From Myxococcota bacterium (lineage in GTDB: Bacteria; Myxococcota_A; SURF-8): a DNA stretch of 64,000 nucleotides. A model generated the notes under the pieces. That model did no database searches. It worked only from the letters and a program-made list of their open reading frames with translations, and was not told where the DNA came from. Location of the stretch: positions 864,001 to 928,000 of the forward strand of contig OZ223209.1 in NCBI GenBank assembly GCA_965140415.1, written 5' to 3'. A program made the translations under genes and the position numbers. Numbering within the stretch: position 1 is the first letter of the stretch; each line of letters opens with the position of its first letter. Shown here piece after piece: positions 63,795 to 64,000 of the stretch.

Positions 63795-64000
63795 TTATAT
63801 CGAATGGATATTGTCTTCCATCAGATCCATAGAATGAACGATGAATTCGTTAAGGATATCCTGGTGTTCCGATATTACATCCGTGAATTGCACTCCCATG
63901 CCGGAGGGGCGTAAACTGCGTTCCGTGCTCATGCGAGCCCAGCGGGGAACCCCGACCGCGCTAACGGCGCCATCGGGCAGATGAAGTTCCAACTCGATAG
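63795..64000 (-). CDS. PilZ-domain protein, C-terminal part (5' end outside window)
   Basis: IELELHLP...GVPRW...GMGVQF, the typical PilZ C-terminal strands. Confidence 0.65.
   Translation of the reverse strand, partial: IELELHLPDGAVSAVGVPRWARMSTERSLRPSGMGVQFTDVISEHQDILNEFIVHSMDLMEDNIHSI

Overview
Bacterial chromosomal window, probably from a Myxococcota or deltaproteobacterial-type organism. This is inferred from Cys/Asp-rich lipoproteins, a long S41 peptidase, a YlxR-L7Ae fusion and a PilZ gene. Two core blocks, atpA'GDC (1-3.3 kb) and rimP-nusA-ylxRQ-infB-rbfA-nrnA (14.6-21.9 kb), alternate with accessory blocks. (i) A REP-rich patch in which a 106-bp direct repeat flanks a DUF3795 gene. 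(ii) A four-gene exopolysaccharide operon: wecB, a TPR/beta-barrel (NfrA-like), an NfrB-like GT2 with eight MshEN-type motifs, and a BcsB-like protein. (iii) An IS200-like element followed by a phosphorelay/diguanylate cyclase cluster. (iv) A surface-protein cluster: a Cys-rich lipoprotein, a FadL-like barrel, a ~3000-aa lipoprotein with 25 tandem 57-aa repeats, and an FGE-sulfatase-fold lipoprotein. (v) A stand-alone, translationally coupled nitrogenase-like D-K-H operon that lacks the P-cluster/FeMoco ligand set and nif accessory genes. (vi) A PAS kinase-Rcp-GGDEF triad, tRNA-Leu(CAA), a DedA-family gene, an S41 peptidase and a truncated PilZ gene. The best candidates for undescribed systems are the nitrogenase-like operon and the hybrid Nfr/Bcs operon. 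All calls come from motif recognition by eye; no searches were run.
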